From Tetramitus jugosus (taxonomy: Eukaryota; Protista; Heterolobosea): DNA of 64,000 bases. The notes beneath the pieces are model-generated. The model worked only from the letters and a program-made list of their open reading frames with translations, was not told where the DNA came from and did not search any database. Positions 44,231-55,795 of the stretch are shown in pieces. Made by a program: the position numbers and the translations under genes. Position 1 is the first letter of the stretch. Each line of letters begins with the position of its first letter. The stretch lies in assembly GCA_937625935.1 (NCBI GenBank), contig OW569368.1:124001-188000 (forward strand), in the 5' to 3' direction.

Positions 44231-47200
44231 TTATTTACTGAAGAATTCCTCGGCATCAACAACTTCAAGAGTGATGCCTTGCTCCTCCTTCATACTCTTT
44301 ACAATATCGTCAATCTTGGAAGGATTTGTGACAATGACAACGTTGCTGTAGTTGATGTCGAACAATTTGATCATCAACTCATTCAAACACAGCTCCAAGT
44401 CCTCGACTGTAACTGCTGAAATGCGATCGAGTAGAGCACGGTTCGCTTCAGGGTGACATCCTCTAAGATATTGAGTGAATCGATTGGACGCAGCCATGTG
44501 CATTGTCTCTTCTGCTCCAATGACGAGAGAAATGACAGCAGAGCGGGCGGCCTCAACAATCACTTCCTCAAATTGTTCAGTCTTGTCCTGATACTTGCCC
44601 AAAATGGATTTTGCTTCATTGTAAGCCTTAACAACACTTCCTGATTGGCCAAGAATAAAGTACAAGAGCCCTTCTTCAATATTCTGATGAATAGAGTAGT
44701 TGTAGCTGAGACCCTTGCCTCTAATTTGCTTCCAGAATGGTCCTTCAAGAGCTGTAAAGTACTCAATCAGGACGAGCAATGGGGCTCTCATCTTGTGATC
44801 AAAATCTGTGATACCAAAGCAACTCTGATTCAAGTATCCAGAATCGGTGGAGGCCAATGGGAAAATGTAACCCTTCTTCTCAGGGTTCATTCCCAAGGCT
44901 CTCTCAGTCAGTAAGTGCTTTGAACTTTCAAAAGCAGGAGGCACATGGTTACTAGTCAGAGGTGCCACAGGGAGATCCTTTGGTAAAAAGTCTTCGATGA
45001 AGGCGCTCTTTGGTCTTGACACCTTGTACATGTTACCAGTGAAATGAATACGCATTGTTCTTGGATCAGTTACGATTCTTCTGAATTCATTGAGCTCGCT
45101 AATGACAGATTCTGGATCGGAATCCAATCGCTCCACTATAGAGGTGAGGAACTTGTGTTGTTTGATACTATTTGTCTCAATGTGGTTGCTTCTTTCCGGT
45201 TTGAAGTTCAAGAAGTGCAATCCTGAACGACTGATGTAATTTGGTGATCTCTTTGTTCTTGCAACGTCACTAATCAACTTTTTAGCAGAAATCTTGAGTC
45301 TTTCGGTAGCGAAGATCGATCTCCATAGCACATCAGACATCCATTGCACACAACTTTCAAACTCTTTTCTCTCAAACTTCAAATTGAGCCACATGAGTTG
45401 ACCAAAGCTACCCACTGTAAAGTTTCCACCAGATTGGCCACATCCGTTGCTGTGGTCCACAGATTGATCATCAAGTTGATAGACAACTTCTTCATGAGGA
45501 ATGATCACACCATTTTTGTTCAGCGGACTATCAAAGATAACTTCCAGATAGAGCTCAATGTACTTACGGAGATCACTAGACAAGTTTCCAGTGTCCAATG
45601 ATACATTAATTGACACAAATTCACTCGAAATGTGATCGTACTGCACAAAGAATGGGAATGGCTTGTTGTTTTCTTGTTCTAAATAGTTGGCAAGCTCGGC
45701 TGATTCTTCAGTAGTTGGTTTCTCATCTGTTCTATATGTTGTGATAGGGATGAACGAGATTGAACTCACGTCTGGCACCTTGAAGCTCTTCAAAAATTCT
45801 TCACTGACAGGAGGATTGTTAAGCTCTTCTGCTCTCTGCAGATCCTTTTCCAATTGTGCCAACTTTTCTTCACCCAATTCCTCTGCCTGCTTCTTCAATC
45901 GCTCAGATTCCTCTTGTGCAATCTTTTCTCCTAGGGAGACAGAAGGCTGACCAAGAATCGTGCATGATGGCTTATCAATCAACTGTGTTTGAATCATATC
46001 GACCCAAAATTGACTGTCCTTTGTTTCTAAAATTTCCAAGTGCTTAATCTCGTTCAAAGATTCCAATAGCTGGTTCTCATTGGTTGCATAAATGAAATCG
46101 CTAATCATTTCCATGGAGAATGAGTTATGAGGGTCTTCCTCAATTCCACTCAGGAATTTCACTCGCTTTTGCTTGATCACACTCTTCATTCGCTTCATAT
46201 CAATTCCTTCCTTGACAATCTCATTCAACAACTCAAAGAGTTGTGGCTTAATATCGTCCATATCCTCTGTTTCCACATTCTTGAACATGAGATAGACGCA
46301 GCATTCAACTCCCTCAGAAGTAGAGAAGGAAAGATCACCACAAACAGCATCTTCACTCTCCACAAACTCCTTTTGCAGAGGTGCCACTGCAGAATCAGTC
46401 AAGTAGCTCATGAGCACATACAGGGCGTTTCGTTGCAAAAAATCACTCCATGCGCAAGATCTCCAACTAATGGACACAATGGCACCACCATCTTCCTCAT
46501 CCGATGGAAACTCTACTCTCTTCTCTTGATCTTGTGTAAAGGCAGGAACAACAGAAGCCCATGGTCTCTCACTCTCATACTCAATATTCTTTTGAATAAT
46601 CTTTGTTTCAATTTCACTCAATGCACTCAACACTTCATCTTCATTGACCTTTCCCGTCACAATCACTCGCATATTATCCGGTCTATAGTACTTTCGATGA
46701 TAATTTCTCACCTTTTCCACTGTTAGTTCACGCAGATTCTTCACACGTCCACCAGTATTGTAACCGTAGCCACATCCTTCGTACAGTGTCTCCATCATCG
46801 TATGATACACCAGACTAGATCCACTATTCTCTGATGATTGCATCTCACAGTACACTACACCTGCATCTTTTCCCTCACCGTCGACGTGATGAACCTCCGT
46901 GTGGAACCCGGTGTCTGTCACCGTAGGATACAGAATGTGATCCATGTAGACGGGCAACAGTCGATTAAAGCCCTCTGATCCAGCTGTTGTCAGTGTATAG
47001 CAAGTGTGATCGACATCGGTCCATGCATTGGTACCTTGAGCGAGACATCGATTGGCCAACTGATCCAAAATTCCCTTGTAAGGGTATTTCTCCGATCCGA
47101 GGAAAATCATGTGTTCGAGAACGTGTGGACAGCCATCGTGATCGTTTGCTTCGGTGGCCACTGCAACGTAGCAGTTGACGAGTGGACCTTCGATTTGAGC

Positions 47201-47332
47201 AAATGAGACTGAGAGATTGGTCTGAGTGGATGTGTACTTTGAGATGGGAACATTTGCAAAATTGAGTTGTTGAACGAGTTGGAATCCGTGAGGAGTAGGT
47301 GTTGTTTTTGTTGTTTGTGGATTGGGAGTCAT
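44231..47332 (-). CDS. M16 (insulinase-like, M16C-type) zinc metallopeptidase
   Basis: GCPHVLEHMIFLGS (HxxEH), GTNAWTDVDHTCY, GVVYCEMQ, YHRKYYRPDN and QIRGKGLSY. Confidence 0.93.
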   Translation of the reverse strand: MTPNPQTTKTTPTPHGFQLVQQLNFANVPISKYTSTQTNLSVSFAQIEGPLVNCYVAVATEANDHDGCPHVLEHMIFLGSEKYPYKGILDQLANRCLAQGTNAWTDVDHTCYTLTTAGSEGFNRLLPVYMDHILYPTVTDTGFHTEVHHVDGEGKDAGVVYCEMQSSENSGSSLVYHTMMETLYEGCGYGYNTGGRVKNLRELTVEKVRNYHRKYYRPDNMRVIVTGKVNEDEVLSALSEIETKIIQKNIEYESERPWASVVPAFTQDQEKRVEFPSDEEDGGAIVSISWRSCAWSDFLQRNALYVLMSYLTDSAVAPLQKEFVESEDAVCGDLSFSTSEGVECCVYLMFKNVETEDMDDIKPQLFELLNEIVKEGIDMKRMKSVIKQKRVKFLSGIEEDPHNSFSMEMISDFIYATNENQLLESLNEIKHLEILETKDSQFWVDMIQTQLIDKPSCTILGQPSVSLGEKIAQEESERLKKQAEELGEEKLAQLEKDLQRAEELNNPPVSEEFLKSFKVPDVSSISFIPITTYRTDEKPTTEESAELANYLEQENNKPFPFFVQYDHISSEFVSINVSLDTGNLSSDLRKYIELYLEVIFDSPLNKNGVIIPHEEVVYQLDDQSVDHSNGCGQSGGNFTVGSFGQLMWLNLKFERKEFESCVQWMSDVLWRSIFATERLKISAKKLISDVARTKRSPNYISRSGLHFLNFKPERSNHIETNSIKQHKFLTSIVERLDSDPESVISELNEFRRIVTDPRTMRIHFTGNMYKVSRPKSAFIEDFLPKDLPVAPLTSNHVPPAFESSKHLLTERALGMNPEKKGYIFPLASTDSGYLNQSCFGITDFDHKMRAPLLVLIEYFTALEGPFWKQIRGKGLSYNYSIHQNIEEGLLYFILGQSGSVVKAYNEAKSILGKYQDKTEQFEEVIVEAARSAVISLVIGAEETMHMAASNRFTQYLRGCHPEANRALLDRISAVTVEDLELCLNELMIKLFDINYSNVVIVTNPSKIDDIVKSMKEEQGITLEVVDAEEFFSK

Positions 47333-47570
47333 GATGTTGTTATTTGTATATGTTAATTTTGTTGGTTTGTTTTGATTTTTTGAGAATTTTGGAAATGATT
47401 TTGTTGCGCTTGGAGATTGATGCAGAATCTCTCTACTGTGGAGCGGAGAAAGTGTTCACGATTGTATGTGAATACCAAGAGTTTACAATATTTTAGAGGA
47501 GATGCGATAGATCATTGCAATAGTACCATTGCCCATGATTGATCACAGAAAGGAGAGTTGGTGGTAGTGT

Positions 47571-48438
47571 TCATGCACTTTCGTTGCAGGCTCTCACAAT
47601 TTCCACTAGATCAATGAGATCATGGATGACGAAATCTGGCTCGTATTCAATGACACACTTGTCATGTTTTTCATCCCAATGATCCATTCGTGTGAACAAG
47701 CAACTTTGAACGAATCCAGTCTTCTTTGCACTGTCAATATCATGGAAAGAATCACCAACCATCAAGCAATTCTGTGGTGGAATATTCAATTGGCGTGCAA
47801 TGTGCAACAAGGGCTCCGGGGATGGCTTATAAGGCCGGAAATCTCTACTGAGCTTGACACTGAACAGATCAATAAATGGACGATCAGCCAACTTGTCCAA
47901 AAAGAACTGTAGGCTCTCCTGAGAGTTTCTCGTGACTATCGCTGCATATTCGAGTTGACTCTGGCAATGTTCTTGCTTCTCTCGGAGAGATAGCTTGTGC
48001 AACTCGGTCAAACAATGTTCCATGTTTGGTTGGAATTGCAGGCGGTCATTTGCTTCTCGCTCCACTTGATCAATAATGTCCAACAATCGATGTCTCTCGG
48101 ATTCATCACCCACAGCATAAATCGTGTCCAACAGATCACCTGTAGTGATTCCTGTTCTCGATCTCATTGCATGAAAGTCAATCACTGGCACTGTCAGAGT
48201 ACCATCCATGTCAAACTACAAACAAAAACAACAACAATTCACATGAGCATTCAAGGTCTATCCGATCAGATCTGTCATCATGATGACAATCACAAACAGT
48301 TCTCTCCTCACTAGAAAAGCAAAAACATACGATTACACATCGAATAGGGTTACACGTGGCCTTCTTGTGCACAAATATCTGCTTCCCTGATTGGACCAGT
48401 GGTTTGTAGAAGCCTCTAGTCAGGAACGAAGCTGTCAT
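47571..48438 (-). CDS. HAD-superfamily hydrolase; intron 48216-48330
   Basis: Splicing GTATGT...TAG gives CVIFDMDGTL. Also IVTRN, KPSPEP and MVGDSFHD. Confidence 0.9.
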
Positions 48439-48636
48439 TTTGTTTTTGATTTCGGCTTGTGTTTCCATGGGGAAAAATGAAAACCCTCATTTTTCGTCCG
48501 AGCAATTTTTGATTGGTTGAATTACAATGGAACAAAACCCGTGTTTCTTCTTTTTTCCATAGCTCTCCAACAGTTGGAGCTAATTGCTGCCCTATCATCA
48601 TTTTTAAAAAACATCTAACATACCCCATCATCTAAC

Positions 48637-49107
48637 ATGAGATTCTCTTTGGTTCTTGCTGTTCTGTTGCTCGTTGTGACTTTTGTTTCTGCTTACTCTG
48701 TTCGTCGTGTTTCAATGAAGCACATCGCTATGAGTGATATGCCAGCATTGACTTTCAGATGCTATGCGCTTACTCCTGGATGCATGGGACAAGAAGCTTA
48801 TGATTTGTACATGGCAAAGCACAATATTCTGAGCGAAGCTATGATCAGATTCCCAGCCGAGATTAGATGTAGAGCTCTCATTCCAGAGTGCATCGGAGAA
48901 AAGGCTTACACTCACTACAAGATGTTGAGCGACATTAGAGCACCAGATTTTCCAATCAAGAACGACAGAATAAGATATTTGATGGCTGATGTTCCTGTTC
49001 CAAACAGTCTTAAGAAGGGTGCCCGATTCTGCAAAGCTTTGACTCCTTCATGCATGGGCAGAGAAGCCTATGAGAAGTACATTCAACGCCTCATCAACCA
49101 ATTGTAA
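48637..49107 (+). CDS. Small secreted protein with three CxALxPxCxGxxAY repeats
   Basis: Signal peptide followed by CYALTPGCMGQEAY, CRALIPECIGEKAY and CKALTPSCMGREAY. Confidence 0.8.
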   Translation: MRFSLVLAVLLLVVTFVSAYSVRRVSMKHIAMSDMPALTFRCYALTPGCMGQEAYDLYMAKHNILSEAMIRFPAEIRCRALIPECIGEKAYTHYKMLSDIRAPDFPIKNDRIRYLMADVPVPNSLKKGARFCKALTPSCMGREAYEKYIQRLINQL

Positions 49108-49350
49108 AGTGTGGCAATAAATGCTTTCTCAATTTTCTCCTGATCACTATTTTTTAAGACTACATTTCGTCCACTTTCTTGTTGTTTCCTTGTGTGTTTT
49201 ACGACAATGTCCGGTATTGTAATACAATTGTAAAATATCTTCACTGAAATAGAAGATGAACAATAGTGTAATCTTCCTCTCGTGGTCCACATTGCATACC
49301 AATTTTGGTGAACCTGTCACCCAATTCCATTTTTCTGCGCTTTTTGAGTA

Positions 49351-50419
49351 TTTTTTTTTTTTTTGTTCCATACAACCAAGTGTGCGCAAGCACACGATTG
49401 CTCATTTATTGACTTGTTTTGTGAGTGACGACCCGTAAGGCGTCATTCACTCTTCTTCTCTTGTTGTCCCCTACGGTGCACCTACAGGTTGGAAGAATCA
49501 CTCAGGTGAGTGTTTTGGTTGATGCCCTTCATCAAAGAGCGTAACCTTGTAGTAGGACCGTCGATGGACACAGAGCCATCTGTTGTTTTTTTCTTGTCTT
49601 GGGCCTTGTTGCTCCTCAGATCACCCAGTGTGATCCTGGCACTCCTCTTCTTGTTGTCATTGAGTTGTGGACTCTGAATCTCCTTTTCGGAGTCATCATC
49701 CACATCCACAATGACTGGTTCGTCCTCTGTCAAACCATACCTTTTGCGTGCAGCAGCAAGTGCCAATGCAGCAATTTCTTTCTTCACTCTGGCAAACACT
49801 GGAGAAGTGGCATTCACTTGCTCCTGAATTAGCCGATTTTCAGTGCTGAGCCGTGCAACAGGCAATGATGGCAGTGGTGTTGTACTCCTTTGTTCTTCTG
49901 CCTCCATTAGATCTGGAGCAGTTCTTTGTGCAACTTCTAGTTCCCGTATCGGAACCGGTTTGTTGCTCTCTTGACCCTTTGTCTTTGCCAATTCCTTGGT
50001 GAGTTCTGTGACCTGTCGACGCAGTGCGTCAACCACCGTCAGCAGCTCCTCGTACATCTTCGTCAACCTCTTGTTGACAGCCTTGAGGGGATCATGTGGC
50101 CTCTCGACGTATCGAGTGACTGTGGCCTTTACCTTGTTCTCTCCATTGAGCACTGCTCGTACATAAAAGTCATAGATGCGGTCACCCTTGACCGTCATCC
50201 ATGCCATAAAGCGTAGCTGGTCTTTCCTCTTGATGACTTGGACTCGGTTGAGCCAGTCACCAAACTCCTCTCCTATCTATCTTGCCATGACTGAGAGACA
50301 CCAATACCGTTGCCAGTAATGACGACCTCCTTCATTTGCGGCGACTTTCCGTGCAGTGTCCCACAATGCATACCTGCTCTAGCCGTACGCCACCAATTTT
50401 GTTGAAGCACCATGAAAAA
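49351..50419 (-). mobile_element. Copy D: non-autonomous ORF1-only retroelement with a decayed ORF1
   Basis: Poly(A) and family 3' motif. KEVVITG, IGEEFGDWLNRVQV..FMAWMTVKGDRIYDF and DPLKAVNKRL match copy B ORF1 KEVVIKG, IGSRYKEWVTRVHV..FIAWVNVKDDKLYEF and DPMKLMSKKM. Frameshift and stop near 50270-50300; no ORF2. Confidence 0.85.
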
Positions 50420-50425
50420 CTGCGT

Positions 50426-50509
50426 TTTTTTTAAAATACAACCGTTTCGGTTGCTCACTTTATTGTCTTTTGTTTTCTTCAACCATCGCTCTTTGAGCGA
50501 TGGCCCTTG
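50426..50509 (-). mobile_element. Copy C: ~85-bp 3'-UTR-only retrotransposon stub
   Basis: Poly(A), then AATACAACC..GGTTGCTCACTTTATTGTC and a CCATCGCTC/GAGCGATGG hairpin, closely resembling the 3' end of copy A. Flanked by TSD copies. Confidence 0.88.
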
Positions 50510-50648
50510 AAAAATTGCGTTTTTTTTTTTTTTTAATACAACCAACTGGTTGCTCTGTTTTATTTTCTGGGTATTTACAATGGATAACGCTCGAAGAGCG
50601 TTATCTCCTCCATTACTTCTTAATTCTAACAATGGTGCCCGTAGGGCG

Positions 50649-53600
50649 TCATTGTTTTGTTGCTTCCTTATAGGAGGTGTACAATTGGTGAAGGGTTTCG
50701 ACGCACCGCCTTTTCACCTTGTTCACAAATGTTCTGGCTCTCTTTTCCGCCATTTCTTTTTTGATTCCGTTCTTCCTCATTCCTCTCATAATTTGATCCA
50801 CTGCTACCTTCTCTACACCCATCATACCTAGGAGGAACTCTTTGCTTGATTTTCGGTTTGGTTGCACTGTCAGCTTACCGCCTTTCCAACAGACGGAGTC
50901 GAACCATAGGTCAATCTGGTGTTTTGGGTGGATTCCCAGACCACTCAGCTCATCACCCACCGACATAGCCAGTCTTCTTCGAGTCAATATGGCCCTCGGA
51001 CAGCGAATGAGACAATGTAGTATAGTCTCTGACTCCTTGTGGCATCTTTCGCACACTGTTGGAGCTTCATTCTTTCCATACAATACCCTCATGACTTCTC
51101 GGGTGTGCAAGGTACCACTCCGCACTTGTGCATAAAACCACTCCAGCTTTCTGTCAATCTTGTGTGGGTACTTTAGAAAACTAAAGTCCACCCCACCGCA
51201 CATAGCTTCAATTTGTAACCACCATAGACCACCAATATCTTTAATCCTGACAAGTCTCTCATGATCCATCCGCAACTGTATTTGCTCTCTGCTCTCGACA
51301 GGGATTTGACCTATCATCAAAGTTTGCACTACAGAGACTCTTGAGTTAGGCTCTAACGTCGGAGCACACTCGCATTCATTCATTTGTGACACCATTATTT
51401 TTAACAGCTCATGAGACCTTGGTCCAATCTTGCATCCAGGGAACTTGTTTTTGATCTCTTTTAAACTCATGACCCTCACACCAACCATCAGCTGACTTCT
51501 GTTAGTGATTCCACTCTTGAACAGCTTCTTGAGAATAGTAGTTGGAACATATCGGGCAATGTTACAATCGTCACAATTGCGGTGGATGCTCTCATTATTG
51601 AGTGTAATACCATGAATGTGCATCCGTTGTGCGCACCACTTAAGGTAAGTGTTTTTGACGTACTCGAGGCGGTTGCTTGACTGGAAGACATTCTCACGTT
51701 GGAATGTTTGTGTGTGCTTGATTTCCTCAAGCGTGTCAAGCAGCAACTGCTTCGCCTCCGTGTCCCTCTTACCCGACATCATTGAGCCAATAAACCAGGC
51801 GGTCTGTACTGTTATTGTTTCCTCTATGTCATTGAGACCCACTGATCCACGATCGCTGCTTACCGACAGTAACTCGGAAGGAAACTGTGACATCGCTCTT
51901 GAGCCATGTTTGACCAGCATCCTTCCCAGTCTGTTCACTCTGAGAAGTCCCCCAGCCGTCCAGTCTGTGAATTCGGACGAGTACTTGAAGATAGGGTGTA
52001 TACAAGTGTTAACGACCCTTGCCACCTGTCGCGGAGTCAGTTTCATCATCTTCAGTCGGTTCGCTACTCTTTGTGATTTGTTCCAAGCTTGAGCCACTTG
52101 TTGTTTCGTGTCACTTCAGGTTGGTGAAGAGACCCAGTGCTCTGAACCCATGACCACTGTTTCGGGCCCTGACAACTGTACCATCCACCTCTATATCGTG
52201 GGCTCCATCCTCATCAAATTGCCGAACGTAGAGCTCAAGTTTATCGGGGTGCATCGACATGCGAAGCAACGATAGCACCTCTGACATCGCCTTGGCTGCT
52301 CGTTCAATGTCTGCTCGGGATTCAGAGAACAGATTACAATCGTCAACATACGACGCGTTCCACAATTGTTGGGACATAGCCTTGTACCCTTCCATCCGTT
52401 TTTCAACATACATTAACACAGTTTGGTGTACGAGAATGTATGTTGTGGGTGATAGAGAATCACCCTGTCTTGTTCCTTTTCCGATAGGGAAGCTTCTTGA
52501 TAAGGACTTCGTCAACACACTTGCGAAATTGTCCTCAACCATACCACTCACCAGCCTCACGATGTTGTCCGGGAACTCAAAAAATTCATAGACAGACCGG
52601 ATTGCGTTGTGAGGTACCGAGTCGAAGGCCTTTGATATATCCGTAAGCAACAGAAACAGTTGTTTTTTGTTCCGATTGGCGTGGTCAATGACACCTCTGA
52701 TTACAGAAAGCTTTTCTCTAATGTCCCTGAACCTTCTGCCTCCGCCTTGCACGTTTGAGAAGATTCCACCCGTCTCTGCCGCCTTGGAGATTCTGCAGTT
52801 GATTAACTTGGTGTACAGCTTTGATACGGTACTCAACAAACAGATTGGTCTGTAGTTGGCAGGATTAGAAGTGTCTCCCTTCTTGAAAGCTGGGATAATT
52901 ATCCCCTCCTTCCACATTTTGGGAAAAATCCCTTGTTTGGTGATGTTGTTGAAGAAATCAGCAAGGATTTCTGACAGATCATACCTGTAGTCACGCTCTT
53001 TAGTGATGGGGACTTTCAGCATTTCGTTATGTATTTTGTCGACACCGGGACATTTACGGTTTCTCAGCCAACCAATGGCTTTGCTAACTTCCTCTGTAGT
53101 GATTGGAGTGAACGCTTCGTGTATTGTTGCTCTGTGCCCATCACTTTTTAAAGCTCTTAGGTAATCCATGTTGGCAACTTCAGGGGAAAATGCACCTTCA
53201 AAGTACTCCGCGGCCAAATTACCCACTGTGATCTCATCTGTGTACTCTATTCCATTCTTCTTCACTCTAGAAAGTCTTACTCGAGAGCTCTTCTTCGCGG
53301 TTGATGCTGAGAAGAAGGTGGACGGGTCAATGAACTCGGATGTCCTGGCCTTCCATTCCCACTTTCTAAACTTTTGATTGGCTTTGCGTACCCTCTCTCT
53401 GTGCAAGGACTCGCTAGTAAGTTTCAGCGCTTCCCATGCTCTGTCATTGCGAGATCCGACAATTTCCCAACCACACACTGCTTCCAATGCACTGCTCCAT
53501 CTTCGATCTGACAGGTAACGAATCAACGCTTCTCTGTTTTTCAACAACCTCTTGACCTTTCGATTGTTGCTCCACATCTTCACTGTTCTCTCCACTTCAA

Positions 53601-54477
53601 ACACTTTAGCATGTTTGATGATAGCGGATGTTATAATTTGACACTGCTCATTTACATCTTCTATTGCAGTTACACTACTCTCCTCTAGCTCCCTGATGAG
53701 CTCCTTACCATAATGGACCCATCTAAGGTCTTTCTTGTCCTTGGGGAACTTAAACATCGTTCCACTATATCCAGTATTTGTGCCAGTTCTGGCTTTTATC
53801 GTGACTAAAGTAGGTACATGATCGCTATGTACACCATTGGATGTGAACATTTCTACCTTATCAATTGCATCTATTATTGCTTGGTTGCACCATACTGAAT
53901 CTATTCTCGACGACGACTTCCTGCGAAAGAATGTATGGAATCTTTCTACTCCCACTACCTCATTGGTGTCACACAGGTTGTTCTCCTTCAACACTTGCAG
54001 TAGTAATGGCGTGTTCTCGTCTACTCTGTTCGAGGATCGGTCAGTAGCAGCTGTAACGGCATTATGATCACCACCTAAAATGAACTTTCCTTGGACAGCG
54101 TATTTGCTAATCGTTGCTTCAATTGATTTGTAATGTTCACGGTTCTTTTTGTGAGGTCCATAGTGATTAGCTATCGTGATCGACTCATCTACCGTAGAAA
54201 CCTTGATTACTTGCAACCTGGATTCACTGTGCATCACCCCATATGATGGCACTGTGGTGGTTCTGACTATTGCTGCCAAGTGTTGATTGGGAAGATCACA
54301 AACCAGAACACACTTAATTCTCTCTAACTTCCTGCTGAGTACCTTACACCATGCTTCGTCAATGTTAGTTGCCTCCTGTATCAGCAACACATCTATTTGC
54401 TCTGACTCCAAAAAGTCCACGACATCATTGGCTTTGCCCTTGATGCCGTTGATGTTGTACCACATCACTTTCAACAT
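50649..54477 (-). CDS. Copy B ORF2: APE endonuclease, reverse transcriptase and CCHC finger, broken by an apparent 2-nt deletion at ~52113
   Basis: WYNINGI, LIQEA, GGDHN, SRIDSVW, SDHVP; NYRPICL, DISKAFDSV, GTRQGDSLSP, YVDD; CERC..ETILHCLIRC. A frame switch restores LK(G)DTKQQVAQAW versus LRGTTKMQKEQAW in copy A. Confidence 0.95.
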
Positions 54478-55773
54478 AATGGAGATGTGTGGTCCGACTG
54501 GGGTTGAGATACCTCATTATCGTGTATCACATGGCTTGTCACTGCAAGCGCTACTTCCTTACTGGCTTGAACAATATCAATCATATTGGCCAGCCGAACC
54601 GGGGTCTTCAACAAAGCTCTTTTTCTTGAGTTTTCTGAGAGGACCGAATTCGGACCTCTCTTTCCACTCTCCTTTATAGGGGTATCTTCGCGAGGCACAG
54701 TGAACTTGGAGATGAGTGCTTGGCTATCTGATAGGGCGCGCTCCCGTCTCTTCTCTCTTCTCGCTCTCACTAGCATTTTCCTTCTTTCCTCAAGCAGCTG
54801 GCCTTCAGTGTTCTCATTTTCACCCGTAGGTAGTGGATCATTACCGATCGTAGTGCTCTCCACTACCAGTTCAACACTTGGCTCTATCTCCGGAGTTGTG
54901 AGTACCATTGGCGTCAACATTCATCTCTTCTACCATCTCAGTTGGTTCAACGTCTGTTGTTTGTTCTCCAGCCTCCGTGACATCTATTTCAGAGATTGTT
55001 TCATCTCCTTGCATTGAAATGTCGTTGTCAATAGGGATAGACACACCGGGTATTTCACCTACTCTTTGGGGTTCTTCTCTCATTGATTTATGTGTTTTCC
55101 CGTTCCTCTTCTTGTTCAAAGCCTTCTTTAGGCTCGCTTCCAGTTGTGCCACTCTTCTCTTTAGCTCTTCCATCTGCTTGTTTAAGGATTCATTGATCCT
55201 TTGCATCTTCTTGGACATTAGTTTCATTGGATCTTGATTTCTTATGACATGGCTAATCTCAGCTCCAATGTGCTTGTCCCCAATAACAGCATGAGCATAT
55301 GACTGGGATGTCATTGTGACAAATGCTGTGCTGCCCTTGACTTCTACTTGACGTACTCTGTCCTCCCCAATGAGTTTAGCGATGTCGTCTCTTGACCTAC
55401 CGAGAACCTTGTGAACCACAAGTTTTTTCTCCGAGTCAAGACCTCTCTTGATGGATGCATGGGTGTTTGCGATTCTTCTTGACTCATTGAACATCTCAGC
55501 AAACTCATAGAGTTTATCGTCCTTCACGTTCACCCACGCAATAAACTGGCCTTTCTCCCATCTTCTGACATGTACACGAGTCACCCACTCTTTGTACCTT
55601 GAGCCAATCATTCTTGCAATTGTTGGTGCTGTGTTATGGCACTGTGTACCTTTGATCACGACTTCTTTTTTGTTGATGCTACTTCCAATGTTCTGGACTG
55701 TCCATACCGCGTACCCGTCACGCGAGTACTCCCTTGCCCCCGGAGAGGATGGAATGTTTGCGTTTGTTTCCAT
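54471..55773 (-). CDS. Copy B ORF1 (two RRM-like segments, coiled coil, acidic/basic tail), split into two frames near 54871-54920
   Basis: ORFs 54871..55773 and 54471..54920. LVVHKV and GSTAFVTM are RNP-like motifs. The second frame stops overlapping the ORF2 ATG (ATGTTGA). Confidence 0.8.
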
Positions 55774-55795
55774 GGTTTTTTTTTAAAAATTGCGT

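Larger units (their letters stand above)
50521..55784 (-). mobile_element. Copy B: near full-length non-LTR retrotransposon (ORF1 plus APE-RT-CCHC ORF2), L1/Tx1-like
   Basis: ORF1, ORF2, structured 3' UTR, poly(A) at 50520-50534 and TSD AAAAATTGCGT on both sides. Confidence 0.96.

Noticed and set aside
54860-54960. B-box-like GTTCAA words inside copy B as a cause of tandem insertion
   Set aside because: The consensus match is weak, and repeated use of the single tRNA-defined site explains the array.
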